From the NCBI RefSeq assembly GCF_004010195.1, contig NC_057719.1:45750658-45785732 (forward strand): 35,075 bases of DNA. The letters run 5' to 3'. Under the pieces are notes generated by a model that saw only the letters and a program-made list of their open reading frames with translations, searched no databases and was not told the DNA's origin. The position numbers and the translations under genes are program-made. Position 1 is the stretch's first letter. The number at the start of each line of letters is the position of its first letter. Source of the stretch: Chiloscyllium plagiosum. Taxonomy: Eukaryota. Of this stretch, positions 23,851-34,706 are shown piece by piece.

Positions 23851-23972
23851 CTGGAACACCGATTGCTCGTACGAATGTAAAGATGATGTCACCACGTCCT
23901 TTCATATCATTTTCAATGTCATGAAGATCCATCAATGAGTATACATACTTTATTTCATTGAACAGCAAAATA
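23851..23972 (-). CDS. TXNDC16: TXNDC16 internal coding exon (122 nt), ILLFNEIKYVYSLMDLHDIENDMKGRGDIIFTFVRAIGVP(E)
   Basis: Acceptor ttatag, donor CAG|gtattg. Matches recalled human '[41 protein letters not shown]'. Visible inside ORF 23831..24016. Confidence 0.95.
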
Positions 23973-24939
23973 CTATAACAAAGCAATAAATATTCAGAGT
24001 TGTCTGAGCAATTCACAACAAAACTAAGGAACTAGCTCATTGAAAAAAGATTTCACTGCAAATAAATCAGAGAAATATTATAATTGTAAACTTAACAGCA
24101 AATACCAATATACAATTAATCCTACAGGAAGGCAGCATAAAAACTCAAAACTTAGTAATTACTGCAAACTCTCAATGATATATTTACAAAGAGCTGTACA
24201 ATATAAAAAGTACTATAATTGCAGTGTTAATTTGCAAGAAAGTGATTTTATTAAAAGAAACATTCACACTGATTTCAAGCTGGTTATTCTGCATGATATT
24301 TGTAACCCAAACTGTTTTGGATACCAGAAATGTGGAAAATAAATTGTTTTCAAATAGCATGGTCTATTAGTATCACAGTTTAAAATAAAGTTTGAAACCC
24401 ACCCCCCCAGATTCAATGTCATGTCTGTGTGAAGATGCATCCACCAAGGTTGTTTCAAGGATATGATAATTGGCCTCAGTAGACTGAAACTTAGCACCGA
24501 GCAAATGTTTCCAGCCTTGAATATTGCACAGGATTCTTGCTAGAAAGCTTGTATACTGGCTCAGGACAACAAGACAATCAACTACAATATTCCCACAAAA
24601 AAAGCAATATTTACTACACTTACATTTAAAGAATATTCTAAGGACATGATACCTGAGGTAGTTGGGAGAATTGCAACCCAGACAGTGTCTTTCTATAGGG
24701 GAGATGGGTAATTCTAGTTGGTAGGAAACATCTTGCCTAATGTTTACTAATGATGTCTGTGTAAAGTAAAGCTAAGTAATTATATTAGATATTCCCAACC
24801 TCATCACAACTGATAATTCAGTCACCATCCAAACAATGAACACGTGACAATAACACTCAAATTAAAATGGTCTCAGCATCTTTTCATGCATCAGACATAT
24901 ATAAATATTTTTAATCAGCCTGTTCAGACTTGTTATTAC

Positions 24940-25015
24940 ACACCTCTACAGTGGGTGAGGCTTGAATCCTGACCTTTTGGCCCATAGGTAGGAACACTAC
25001 TACTGTGCCATCAGA
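24940..25015 (-). mobile_element. degenerate tRNA-derived SINE head
   Basis: A-box-like TGGCACAGTAGTAG and B-box-like GGATTCAAGCC on the minus strand. Confidence 0.4.
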
Positions 25016-26298
25016 TTCCCTATATCTCTCACACACATGAATGTGAACGAGAATGTGAATTAAATATATATGCAATAAAGCCAAACAATGGTGTGGTGGA
25101 GAACAGAGGATGATACTTTAAAGAACAAACAAAATATCTGTCAAGAGGCATAGATAATACATCAGTGACCAGCAGAAAACAAAATCTCATCAAAACTGCA
25201 CATTGAAATTAAGTTTGGAAGGATTTCTGAGCTAAGGAGCCTTTAAGGATTTCTTAAAATTCAAGGATGAATATTAGAAGCAAGCAAAAAGGAAAAAGAT
25301 ATTTCACAGTTTGCCTTAATATAAGGCAATAGTTCAGCTTTTCAACATCCTAGTCATTTAAGAAAGTGGATGTCACTTTCTTACAAAAAGATGTAATCAA
25401 TTTTCTGGTGAACTGTTACATGCTTTGATGAGTAAATGGGAATCCTCTAAGCAGAAAGTGACACACACCACCCACACACTAAGGTATGTTGATCTTATTT
25501 GCATTTATGAGCATCAGAAATTGATTATATTGATTATGACTACATTTTTTTGGATTTTTTTTAACACTATTAATTCAATTTCTCCCACTCACACACACTC
25601 AGTGCTTCACAACTGATGAATTACTTCTGAAAATTAAACACTAACAGTATTGTGTAAATAAAGGGAGCAGCTGATGTGTGTACAGTTTGGTGCCAAAGGC
25701 AGCAAAGCTGAGTGAATATTTAGCCTGTTTTGGTGAAAGTTGAGAAAACACGTTGGCCTGGACCAAAGACCTGAAGTAAAGTGTCTCAGAACTTCTCTAG
25801 TCTGGATTAAGAAAGGTGAATTCCCACTGTTGATTACTATTCCAAGACATGTGTGGGTGAAAAAAAATATGTGCTTCTGGTGATGATATTCCAAATACAT
25901 ACAGAGAAAAGGATCAATTAAAAGGTTAGTGTTATCTGTACTAATTAAAACGCTGGGTTGACATTTGACTTCTCTTTTGATACATGGTATTTATAAGACT
26001 ATACCGAAAGGAAACATAGTGAATTAATGTCATTCAATACAACATCAATTCACCCAATTCGCTGAATCAAAGTAGTAAATAGTAGCTTATTCTACTAGGT
26101 TTTCATCTTTCCGATTAATAAAGAAAAATATCTTGCATGCATGGAACCCTAACTTCAGGGGTACAGAACAACTCATACCAACTTCTTCTGAAAACCTAGA
26201 AACTTTATTTACTTTTATGTGAGTATTCAATCCTATCATTTTCACTAATTGAATTAACTGAATTTAAAATGGAACAAACCATTTAAGGACATACTTAC

Positions 26299-26373
26299 AA
26301 TAATATATTTGCTACAATTGCATCCACATCAAATAATGTTTCAGTTGCAAAACTCCTAAGCATTAGATTACCC
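26299..26373 (-). CDS. TXNDC16: TXNDC16 internal coding exon (75 nt), GNLMLRSFATETLFDVDAIVANIL(F)
   Basis: Acceptor aatag, donor TT|gtaagt. Matches recalled human '[25 protein letters not shown]'. Phase 2-2. Confidence 0.95.
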
Positions 26374-26569
26374 CTATTAAAGAGAAAACAAATAAATATA
26401 TTTAAGTATCAGTTAGAAGTTTTCATTAAATAGTCAGTTTCATGGTGTTTTAAGATTTGGAATTACGACCCCTGTACATGATTTTTGAACTGTATGATTC
26501 GGTTAATATTGCCTCATCCCATCCCTTCCACCAAAATGCATTACTTCACAACTATTTAATCCTATATGC

Positions 26570-27075
26570 CTCTTGTCTGTCCATTCTGTTGGCCTACCTA
26601 TGTACTGGTGCAGTTCAGCAGTTCATCCAGCTCACCACATCTTCATCAGCAAATTTTGAAATATTTTCCAGCACTGGTCCTTAGTGAAACTATCTATCAT
26701 CTTTCTGACTGATAAGAAATCATTTAACACAACACATTACTTTCTGTTTTTCAGGCAATTTCTAGCCAAACTGATGTTGATTCTCCTATTCCATGAACCT
26801 CAATTTTGTTAACCAATCTATGACATAGAAATTGGTCAGCTTCCTAAAACCCTTATTGAAAAAATCCACTGCCTTCCCATCATTAGCTATTTCATTCACT
26901 TTTTCAAAACATTCAACTAAATTGGTCAAGCACAATTTGCATTTTGAAAATCTTTGCTGGCATGTCTTATTTAACTTGTAGCTTTCCAAGGCCCTGGACA
27001 TTTTTGACTTATTCTTGTTTATGAAACTTAACCACCACTGATATTAAACAGTCTAGCCAGTAGCTGACAGGAATG
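26570..27075 (-). mobile_element. old CR1-like RT fragment (continues at about 30625-31500, host of the Gypsy insertion)
   Basis: ORF 26786..27001 'QQRFSKCKLCLTNLVECFEKV...GKAVD' is the CR1 QHGF..SCLTNL motif. Confidence 0.7.
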
Positions 27076-27208
27076 TTATTAAAATAACTCAACAAAGGCT
27101 GGTATCCCATCGTCAAGTCGCCCTTTATTTACACATGGAGAGTCCATGACACTCAAACACTAAGAGCCAGCTCTCAGAGTGAACAGAACCTCTGACACTC
27201 CTGTTTGT

Positions 27209-27478
27209 TTTTTTTTTATTTTATTAAACAAATTACAAAACAGTTTACAAAAAACATTGACAGCTGTACACAAAAGACAGCAATTTTACAAGGGAGAGGA
27301 GCAGCAAAGCTAGGCCCCGAACTCTACCGTTCAACCATTTTACAGGGAGAGGAGGACAAACCTCAAATCCCAGTTCCACATATGACAAGACAGTGACAAT
27401 GACGTTTGTACATTAGACAATACCGTTACATACAAAAGTGCAGACAATACAGACCCAGCAAGCCCCCGCCCCTCCCAC
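27209..27478 (-). mobile_element. polyA-tailed retroposed insert in the Gypsy 3' LTR
   Basis: Perfect 17-bp TSD CTGACACTCCTGTTTGT (27192-27208 and 27479-27495). AATAAA and an A-tail are on the minus strand. Confidence 0.85.
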
Positions 27479-29137
27479 CTGACACTCCTGTTTGTATCTG
27501 TCAGCCAGAACTCCCTGATTGGACCAGATTAACAGCTCCAATCAGGAAACTCATATTCCATGAGGTGACCTCATTACAATCACTACATCCATCCCCCTCT
27601 GAGTCCAAGGATGTTGGCTGGTTCTTTTTTTGTAGGTGATGTAGGACCAGGTCAGGTTTTTCCAGAGTCAGCTGTGATACGGGCAGCATGTAACGCACAG
27701 TAGCTCACCTCTTGTGGCTAAAGTGTGTCAGAAGAAATTCAGTCTCCTCTTCATTCCACAAGCCAGTGACATCCACGAAGTCCACCTCAGATTGCGAGAT
27801 TTCTTCCAAGCTTGACAGAGAGGGAGAACCCAGATGGAAAGGCAGTCGAGGAACAGGGCACATTTTGCTACCACACCGTTTGAGAGTTTGCAACTTTCAT
27901 ATGGTCCACGTGCTTGTGCAAGACCGTCACATCAACCCAAACTTTATACGTCACTGGACCTGAAGTCACATCAGCCAAGCCTCTTACCCATGTAGGGTTC
28001 ATATGCCAAACGTCGTCCCTGAAATAGGCTGTCTATCTTGCTTAGCATTGGTGATCCCGATGCTGTTTCACCATCCCCAGCAACTGGGAAGATCACATCT
28101 AACCTGGTGTAGCATCTTCTGCCCATTAGCAACTCTGCTGGAGATACCATTTTAGTTGCATGAGGGGGTGATCCTATAATCAAATAGGAACTGGTATCTA
28201 GTGGAACTGTCGGGTGTTTCTTTAAACCTGCCTTCAAAATTTGGACTGCTCTTTCTGACAGACCATTGGATGATGGATGGTATGGAGCTGTCATTATTAT
28301 TACGAATACCATTTGGCTTTAGGAAGTACTCAAATTCCCTCCATCATTCACTGAAACATTACACAGGCTGACGATACCCCAAATGGCCGTCTCGTACATT
28401 GGTACTAACACTTATGGGTATGAATTGTAGTGTGCATCTGGCAGTCCAAAAACAATTACAAGTTCGTATGGCTCATGTTCAGCTTTGTGAAGGACAGCTC
28501 TCTTGCCAGCTTTGCATATAAATCATCTATGTGGGGGATTGGTATTTATCCAGCTGCAAAAAGCAGTCTATCATTTGTGTAAAATCCCCAAAGACAAACT
28601 GAGCCATCAGCCTTCACAATCAATTCAACTGGTGCTGCCCATTCAGCAAACTGGACTGGTTTGATGATTCCTTCATTTTCCAGCCTTCTGATTTCTGCCT
28701 GTACTTTTGCCCATTAAAGCAAATGGCATTGGATGAGCCTTGTAAAATTGTTGAATTGCTTCCTGGTCAACATGCAAGGTGGCCTCAGTTCCTTTGCTAG
28801 TCCCTAGACCTTCCAGAAAATCTTCCAGGTATTTAAATAGGACTTCACTCAGGTAGTTACTTTCTAATTGAAAAAGATTAAGCAAATCCTTCCCCACCAT
28901 TTCATCCCATCAGGCTTGGGTCCGAGCCTTTTACTACAATCAATGGTAACTGAACCAACTGCTTGTCATAAGAGTCCAGAACCAACGTTATACCCTTAAT
29001 CTATAAGGGTTACCCTTAATCTATAAAGGCATAGGTTCTCAGTTTAGCCGAGACCTTTTGCAAACTTAAGGATTGGATTTCAGGATGAATTTTGTTAAAG
29101 GTTGGTTCTGTGATAACTGAAGTTGCCACGCCGGTAT

Positions 29138-29368
29138 CATAAGACCATAAGACATAGGAGCGGAAGTAAGGCCATTCGGCCCATCGAATCCACTCCGACA
29201 TTCAATCATGGCTGATGGGCATTTCAACTCCACTTACCCGCATTCTCCCCGTAGCCCTTAATTCCTTGTGATATCAAGAATTTATCAATTTCTGCCTTGA
29301 AGACATTTAGCGTCCCAGCCTCCACTGCACTCTGTGGCAATGAATTCCACAGGCCCACCACTCTCTGG
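29138..29368 (-). mobile_element. CR1-like 3' end inserted in the Gypsy protease
   Basis: 'QRVVGLWNSLPQSAVEAGTLNVFKAEIDKFLISQGIKGYG' and a (tcttatg) tail abutting the DTG codons. Confidence 0.88.
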
Positions 29369-31029
29369 CATCCTTCATTAGAACCAAGTAACCATTTAAC
29401 CAGACATTTAATATGATTGGCTCTGATTTGGATGATGCTAAGTAATTTAATTGTTCCAAACAAGATCTAGGTGGACTTTCCAGGGTGTACATTTTCCAGT
29501 ATACTGGCCTAAGAGTTGTTTTGCTCAATTTAGTTTGAGTGGGACTCTTTTGCTGTCTTGAGTCTGCACACCGTCAGCAACAACAATGGCTTGCCAGCCA
29601 GGATCCTGAAGAAAGTGTAACCATTTGGCTCTGGTTTGGCTTTGTTTTGGGGTTTCGGTGTGGGCTGATCTAGAGTCCCTCTGTTCAGGTTATGTCCTGA
29701 GTGAGGCTATGCAATTGCCTTCACTCAAGTGGTGTTCCGCAAACTCAGTCAGCCTGGTGAGGGTGTCCACTTCCATCAGAATATCCTGTAACTCACATGC
29801 TCCACTTGCTGTATTTTCCAATGATAAAACCAGTTTTCATGCCTGTTTGAAATCCAGTTAGGCCTCAGCTAGTAGGTGCTTTTGCACAGTTACATCATTA
29901 ATCCCACACACCAAACAATCTCACAATATCTCATTAAGGTTTAAACCAGTCATATGCTTTTGCCAGTCATCTTAACCCAGTCAAAAATCCCGATACACAT
30001 TCCCCTGGTTCTCAAATTGCCAAGTAAAACCAATAGGGTCTCAAAAGTAGAGGAGGCCAGGGATCGTAATATCTTTAACTAAATCCGTCAACTCTTGAAA
30101 GGTTTTAGTATCTGGTGCTTCAGTGAAAGTTAAGCTCCTAATAATCGAAAAGGTGTGGCTCCACAAGCTATCAGGAAAGTTACTCATTGCATTTCATCTG
30201 CCCAATGTTATTTGGCCAGAAAAAAAAAACACATTAATTGCACATCCTGGGCTTCCACTTTCACAGGAGAATCAAATGAGGCAAACTTCCCAAATAATGG
30301 CATGATGCTAGAAATGTTTACCCACAACTCAAAGAAGACAGTCATGAGTGAATGTCTTTAGGTGCATGTTTTTCCCTCGTTACCACTGAAATAATTCCAA
30401 AAGGCCAGTATCCCACCACCAAGTCACTCTTTACTTACACGTGCAAAGTCTTTAACACTGATTCAACTTCCTAAGAGCCAGCTCTCAGAGTGAACAGAAT
30501 GCCTAACATTCTTGTTCTTGTTATCAGCTAGGGCTACCTGATTGGGCCAGATTAACAGCCCCAGTCAGAGGACTCATATTCTATGAGGTCAACCTGGATG
30601 ACCTCATTACAATCATTACATTTGTTACATCATCCTTTTACAAGGATATCCCATTTCTCTGTAATTCTTTGTCATATCCCCACTTCTAGGTAAAATTACT
30701 AGATTATGACAATGAATCCACTATCCCCACCCCCACTTCGTTTATTAGCATGGGTTGCACAGGATTCAAGTCAGGCAACTCATTCACTTACTATTTACAG
30801 CCAAGAAATCCTTCCTAACAATTTTCACACCATCCACTACCTTTATTATCTCCACTTCTATTGATAATTTGACCACGTCAACTTCTGATAAAACACAAAT
30901 ATAGTTTTTATTAAGTGTTCTAGCTTTGCCTGTATCCTACGCATATATCATTTTCACTTTCCTTAATAGGTATCCCGCCAAGCCTCTTACTCCTGCTTAC
31001 TAATTGAAAGCCAGTAGAAGGATCTTTGG

Positions 31030-31237
31030 CCAAAACAGAAAATGCTGGAAAATCTCAGCAGGTGTGGCAGCATCTGTAAGAAGAGCTGACGTTTCGAGTC
31101 TAACTGAGTCTAACAGTTAGACTCGAAACGTCAGCTCTTTTCTCTCCTTACAGATGCTGCCAGACCTGCTGAGATTTTCAAGCATTTTCTCTTTTGGTTT
31201 CAGATTCCAGCATCCGCTGTAATTTGCTTTTGTCAAG
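31030..31237. mobile_element. Penelope-derived fold-back mini-element with an 11-bp TSD
   Basis: Near-perfect inverted arms 31030-31106 and 31114-31197, flanked by AGGATCTTTGG at 31019-31029 and 31238-31248. Confidence 0.85.
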
Positions 31238-31742
31238 AGGATCTTTGGGTTCCCTTTCTATATTAAGTTCAGTTTTATTCTTATTCTCCCATTGCCAAGC
31301 TTATTTTCTTCTTCACTTCCCATGTCAATTTATTGTATATGACCTGGATCTCACTTTAATAATTTACACATCATTGACCCTTTTCTCTTTCATTATACTG
31401 TCGATCTACCAGATCATTTTAAAGAACCCAGGATTTTGCTCCCTCTGCATTTTGCTCTTGTTAGAATGTGATTAGTCTATATTTTAAACAGTTCTTCCTT
31501 AACATCACACATTGCTCTGTTAAACCTCAAGAAAAGCTAAAATTAATGTGATTTTTCAGGCGCTTTCAACTTTTTTGATTGTTGATTCCTCATGAATTAT
31601 AAGGAAAACTGCACTGGCAAATATATTTTTTGTTAATATAAACTGCAAGGGAACAAAATAATTAGCTGGACTCGAAGCAAATAATTTAAATGAAACATTC
31701 TGGTGTTTGATTTAGAAAATAGTTATAAAAATGTTAATTTAC

Positions 31743-31816
31743 TGGAAAAGATATGCCTTCTTCAGGATATCTTCATCTTCACAGTATTTTGGTACTGCTT
31801 CTATGGCACAGTCAAC
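31743..31816 (-). CDS. TXNDC16: TXNDC16 internal coding exon (74 nt), VDCAIEAVPKYCEDEDILKKAYLF(Q)
   Basis: Acceptor tttttag, donor CA|gtaaat. Matches recalled human 'VNCVKEEISRYCGKEKDLMKAYLFK' and keeps the CX8C spacing. Confidence 0.94.
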
Positions 31817-31899
31817 CTAAAAAACAGCAATGTTTTAGTGGGATAATACAAAACTGATAACACAGCAAAATGGCTACCAACCAAAAACTGCCTCTTATC

Positions 31900-32495
31900 G
31901 AGTCATAGAGATGTACAGCACAGAAACAGGCCCTTCGGTCCAACCCATCCATGACGATCAGATATCCCAACCCAATCTAGTCACACCTGCCAGCACCTGG
32001 TCCACATCCCTCCAAACCTATCCTATTTATATCCTCATCCAGATGCCTTTTAAATGTTACAATTGTACCAGCCTCCACCACTTCCTCTGGCAGCTCATTC
32101 CATACATGGACCACTCCTCAGCCCATTGGCCCATCTGTTCAAGATCACATTGTACTCAGAGGTAATCTTCTTTGCTGTCCACTACACCTGCAATTTTAGT
32201 GTCATCTGCAAACTTACCAACTATACCTCTTATGCTCACATCCAAATCATTTATATAAATGACAAAAAGTAGTGGACCCAGCACCAAGCCTTGTGGCACT
32301 CCACTGGTCACAGGCCTCCAGTCTGAAAAACAACCCTCCACCACCACCCTCTGTCTTCTAACTTTGAGCCAGTTTTTTGTCCAAATGACTAGTTCTCCCT
32401 GTATTCCATGAGATCTAACCTTGCTAACCAGTCTCCCATAGGGAACCTTGTTGAATGCTTTACTGAAGTCCATGTAGATCATGTCTACTGCTTAG
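31900..32495 (-). mobile_element. HER1/CR1-like LINE, RT segment fused to the 3' end by an internal deletion
   Basis: ORF 32156..32482 ([27 protein letters not shown]). The 3' tail is at 31900-32115. Confidence 0.92.
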
Positions 32496-33170
32496 CACTT
32501 CTTCAAACTCGTTTCTTAAACTAAAGCTTTTCTGCCTATTTTCTCTTCCTCTTTTCTGTAGAGCAAGACCACATAGAAACCAGTTTACTGATATAATTCT
32601 TCAGGGAGTGACATTGATGCTACATCAGCTCAAACTAAGTTCATGCTGGCCGTGCTTGAGAGGATGGTAAAAGCCTTCTTCTTGAAACCATGTAATCCAT
32701 TTATTTGATACTTATTAGGCAAGTTGATTTCTTCTGATGTTTTGCACCTTCACTTAGTCTACTTATTTTTTGAGGCAGGTAATCTCCAACAATAGCACTG
32801 TAAGATGAGCATAAAAGCAACTCAGCTAGCACTTCCATCAATTTTCGTTCTCAGCAGGTAACCTCTAATTAGTGTATCCGTGGGCCAAGATGTTTGGGAT
32901 TCAAAACCCAAGGCTGTACAGCTAAGATAAATTATGTAGAATTGCATTAGGGTTGCACTGTGACAAACACTAATATCCGGATTGTTGTATTTTCATTTGC
33001 ACTGTTTTACATTAATATTTCCGTTAATATTTAATTAGGTTTTCATAAAGGAAACGAGAACTGAGGCTCTCTCCCCACAACCCTCAGTTTTGTATTCTTA
33101 TCACCTAACACTCAAAGAAAAATCACACTTTAAAAGTAAAATATATTACAAAGAAGTAATTTTAATTCAC

Positions 33171-33253
33171 CTGAGCCACTGTGATGCCATACTCTTCAAG
33201 TGATTCTGATGATTTTTCGAGTTGTTCAAGAAAATGTCTGATTGCTGGATTTG
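33171..33253 (-). CDS. TXNDC16: TXNDC16 internal coding exon (83 nt), xNPAIRHFLEQLEKSSESLEEYGITVAQ
   Basis: Acceptor tttcag, donor CAG|gtgaat. The peptide matches recalled human TXNDC16 '[23 protein letters not shown]'. Ends in phase 0. Confidence 0.93.
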
Positions 33254-33519
33254 CTGAAACAAGGAAACAAAAAAGGCTTCTAGTGGTTTGAATACTTACT
33301 CTTGTAATTCCTGTACAGCAGGTGATCAGACAAAGATAAAGAAAAGCTTACATTCTACCTCCTCTTAAAATAATTTACTTACTTGTCTTTATTTAAGTTC
33401 AATTTGCCTGATGTAATTTTGAAATAATTAAGTTTTTAATAAAGAAGAGGGAGAATGAACCAGAAAGTAACTCCCATTGACATGGAGCCATTCATATTCT
33501 CAGATAACCCCACAATAAA

Positions 33520-34375
33520 GCACTTTTGAGCAATATTCAGGACTATTTTGTGGGCAAAGATGGCAACATAAACCCTACAAACAGCAGTGAGGTAAAGGAC
33601 CAGATAATGTTTGTTAAATAATTCTGGTTGAGGGACAGATAACTAGACAATAACTTGCATTTATATAGGTCCTTTAACAAAATGTCCCAGTTGCTTCACA
33701 GAGGCATTTTAAAATGAAGTATGAGGCCAAGCCACATAATGACAATAATAGGGCAGATGACCAAAAGCTTGGTCAAAGGTTAATAGAAGGAAGATAGTGA
33801 AGTAAAGATGTAAAGAGATTTAGGGAGGGAAATCTAGAGCTAAAGGTTTAGGCTGATGAAAGCACAGACACGAGTGATGGAGAAATTAAACAGGGATCCT
33901 TAAAAGACTAGTCAGTGTAAAAGAAGCACAGATAACTTGAAGGATTTAAGACTGGGTCAGTTTGCAGAGGTAGGGAGGGATAATGTCATAGAGGGATTTG
34001 AAAGCAAAAATGATAATTTTAGAAAGTGATCTTGCTTACCAGAAAGGAAATCTAGGTCTGGAATGTGTGAACTAGACTTGGTGTAAGTTAAGACACTGGA
34101 AACAGAGTATGGGATTTATATTGAAAGTGAAGGGTGTGTGGCCAGCTATGAGTATATAGGAATAGGAAGTGCCCTATTCTTTAGCAAATAGTGACATGGG
34201 GACTTGCATGCTGTTCCTAATTGGCACACAGAACCTCAGTTTAATGTCACGTTCAAAAGGCAGTATCTCTGACATTGTAGCAGTCATTCAGTATTGCAGC
34301 AATCAAATTATTTATGTGTCATCCTGCAATACTATGACACAGACACAACTGTGCAACAACTAAGCCAAGACTAAA
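33520..34375 (-). mobile_element. Deu-domain SINE (SacSINE1/AmnSINE-like) remnant split by an L2-like 3' fragment (about 33645-34180)
   Basis: 34235-34300 resembles the recalled Deu-domain consensus (cctcggtttaacgtctcatccgaaagacggcacctccgacagtgcagc). The middle has an L2-type end (aacttgcatttatatag...gtcccagttgcttcacag). Confidence 0.55.
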
Positions 34376-34706
34376 TTAGGGACATAAAAGGGGAAATTAT
34401 AAAAATTATCATCCACATAATCTGTCAGATAATAAGCATCATTCATCAGGACAACTGACATCAATCAAGCTATTTCCGTGTTGATTTAATTTTCAAATTT
34501 AAACTGAAATGAACAATAAAATTCAGGTGAATAATTCTAGAAGAAAACTCAACTCAAAAGCTAAACTGATTCTTTTCAGGTGGTTATTAATTTCCCGACA
34601 AGGAGTAGAAAGAGGTTTATATGTTTCTTCTAGGGCTTGAAATTTAATTTAGAAGTAAAATTAAGTAAATATGATAGAGTTATGTTTTCAAGAGTGAGTT
34701 TGATTC

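Larger units (their letters stand above)
27080..30620 (-). mobile_element. Ty3/Gypsy-type LTR retrotransposon, decayed and internally deleted
   Basis: Two homologous LTRs (30387-30620 and 27080-27587, both starting TGTA on the minus strand), PBS TGGTAACGAG at 30385 and PPT GAGGGGGATGGA at 27588-27599. Coding remnants: gag MPLFGK (30303), protease DTG (about 29130), RT WAAPV/RPFGVSSA and integrase PYHPSSNGLSERAVQ. Confidence 0.9.

Noticed and set aside
28991..29030. 20-bp tandem duplication TACCCTTAATCTATAA(G/A)GG
   Set aside because: A simple two-unit slippage duplication in a dead Gypsy pol region, not an array.
33383..33435. Possible TXNDC16 first coding exon (LNYFKITSGKLNL, gtaagt donor)
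   Set aside because: There is an in-frame TAA just upstream, the phase is wrong (2 rather than 1) and no signal peptide is encoded. The true exon is probably beyond the window.
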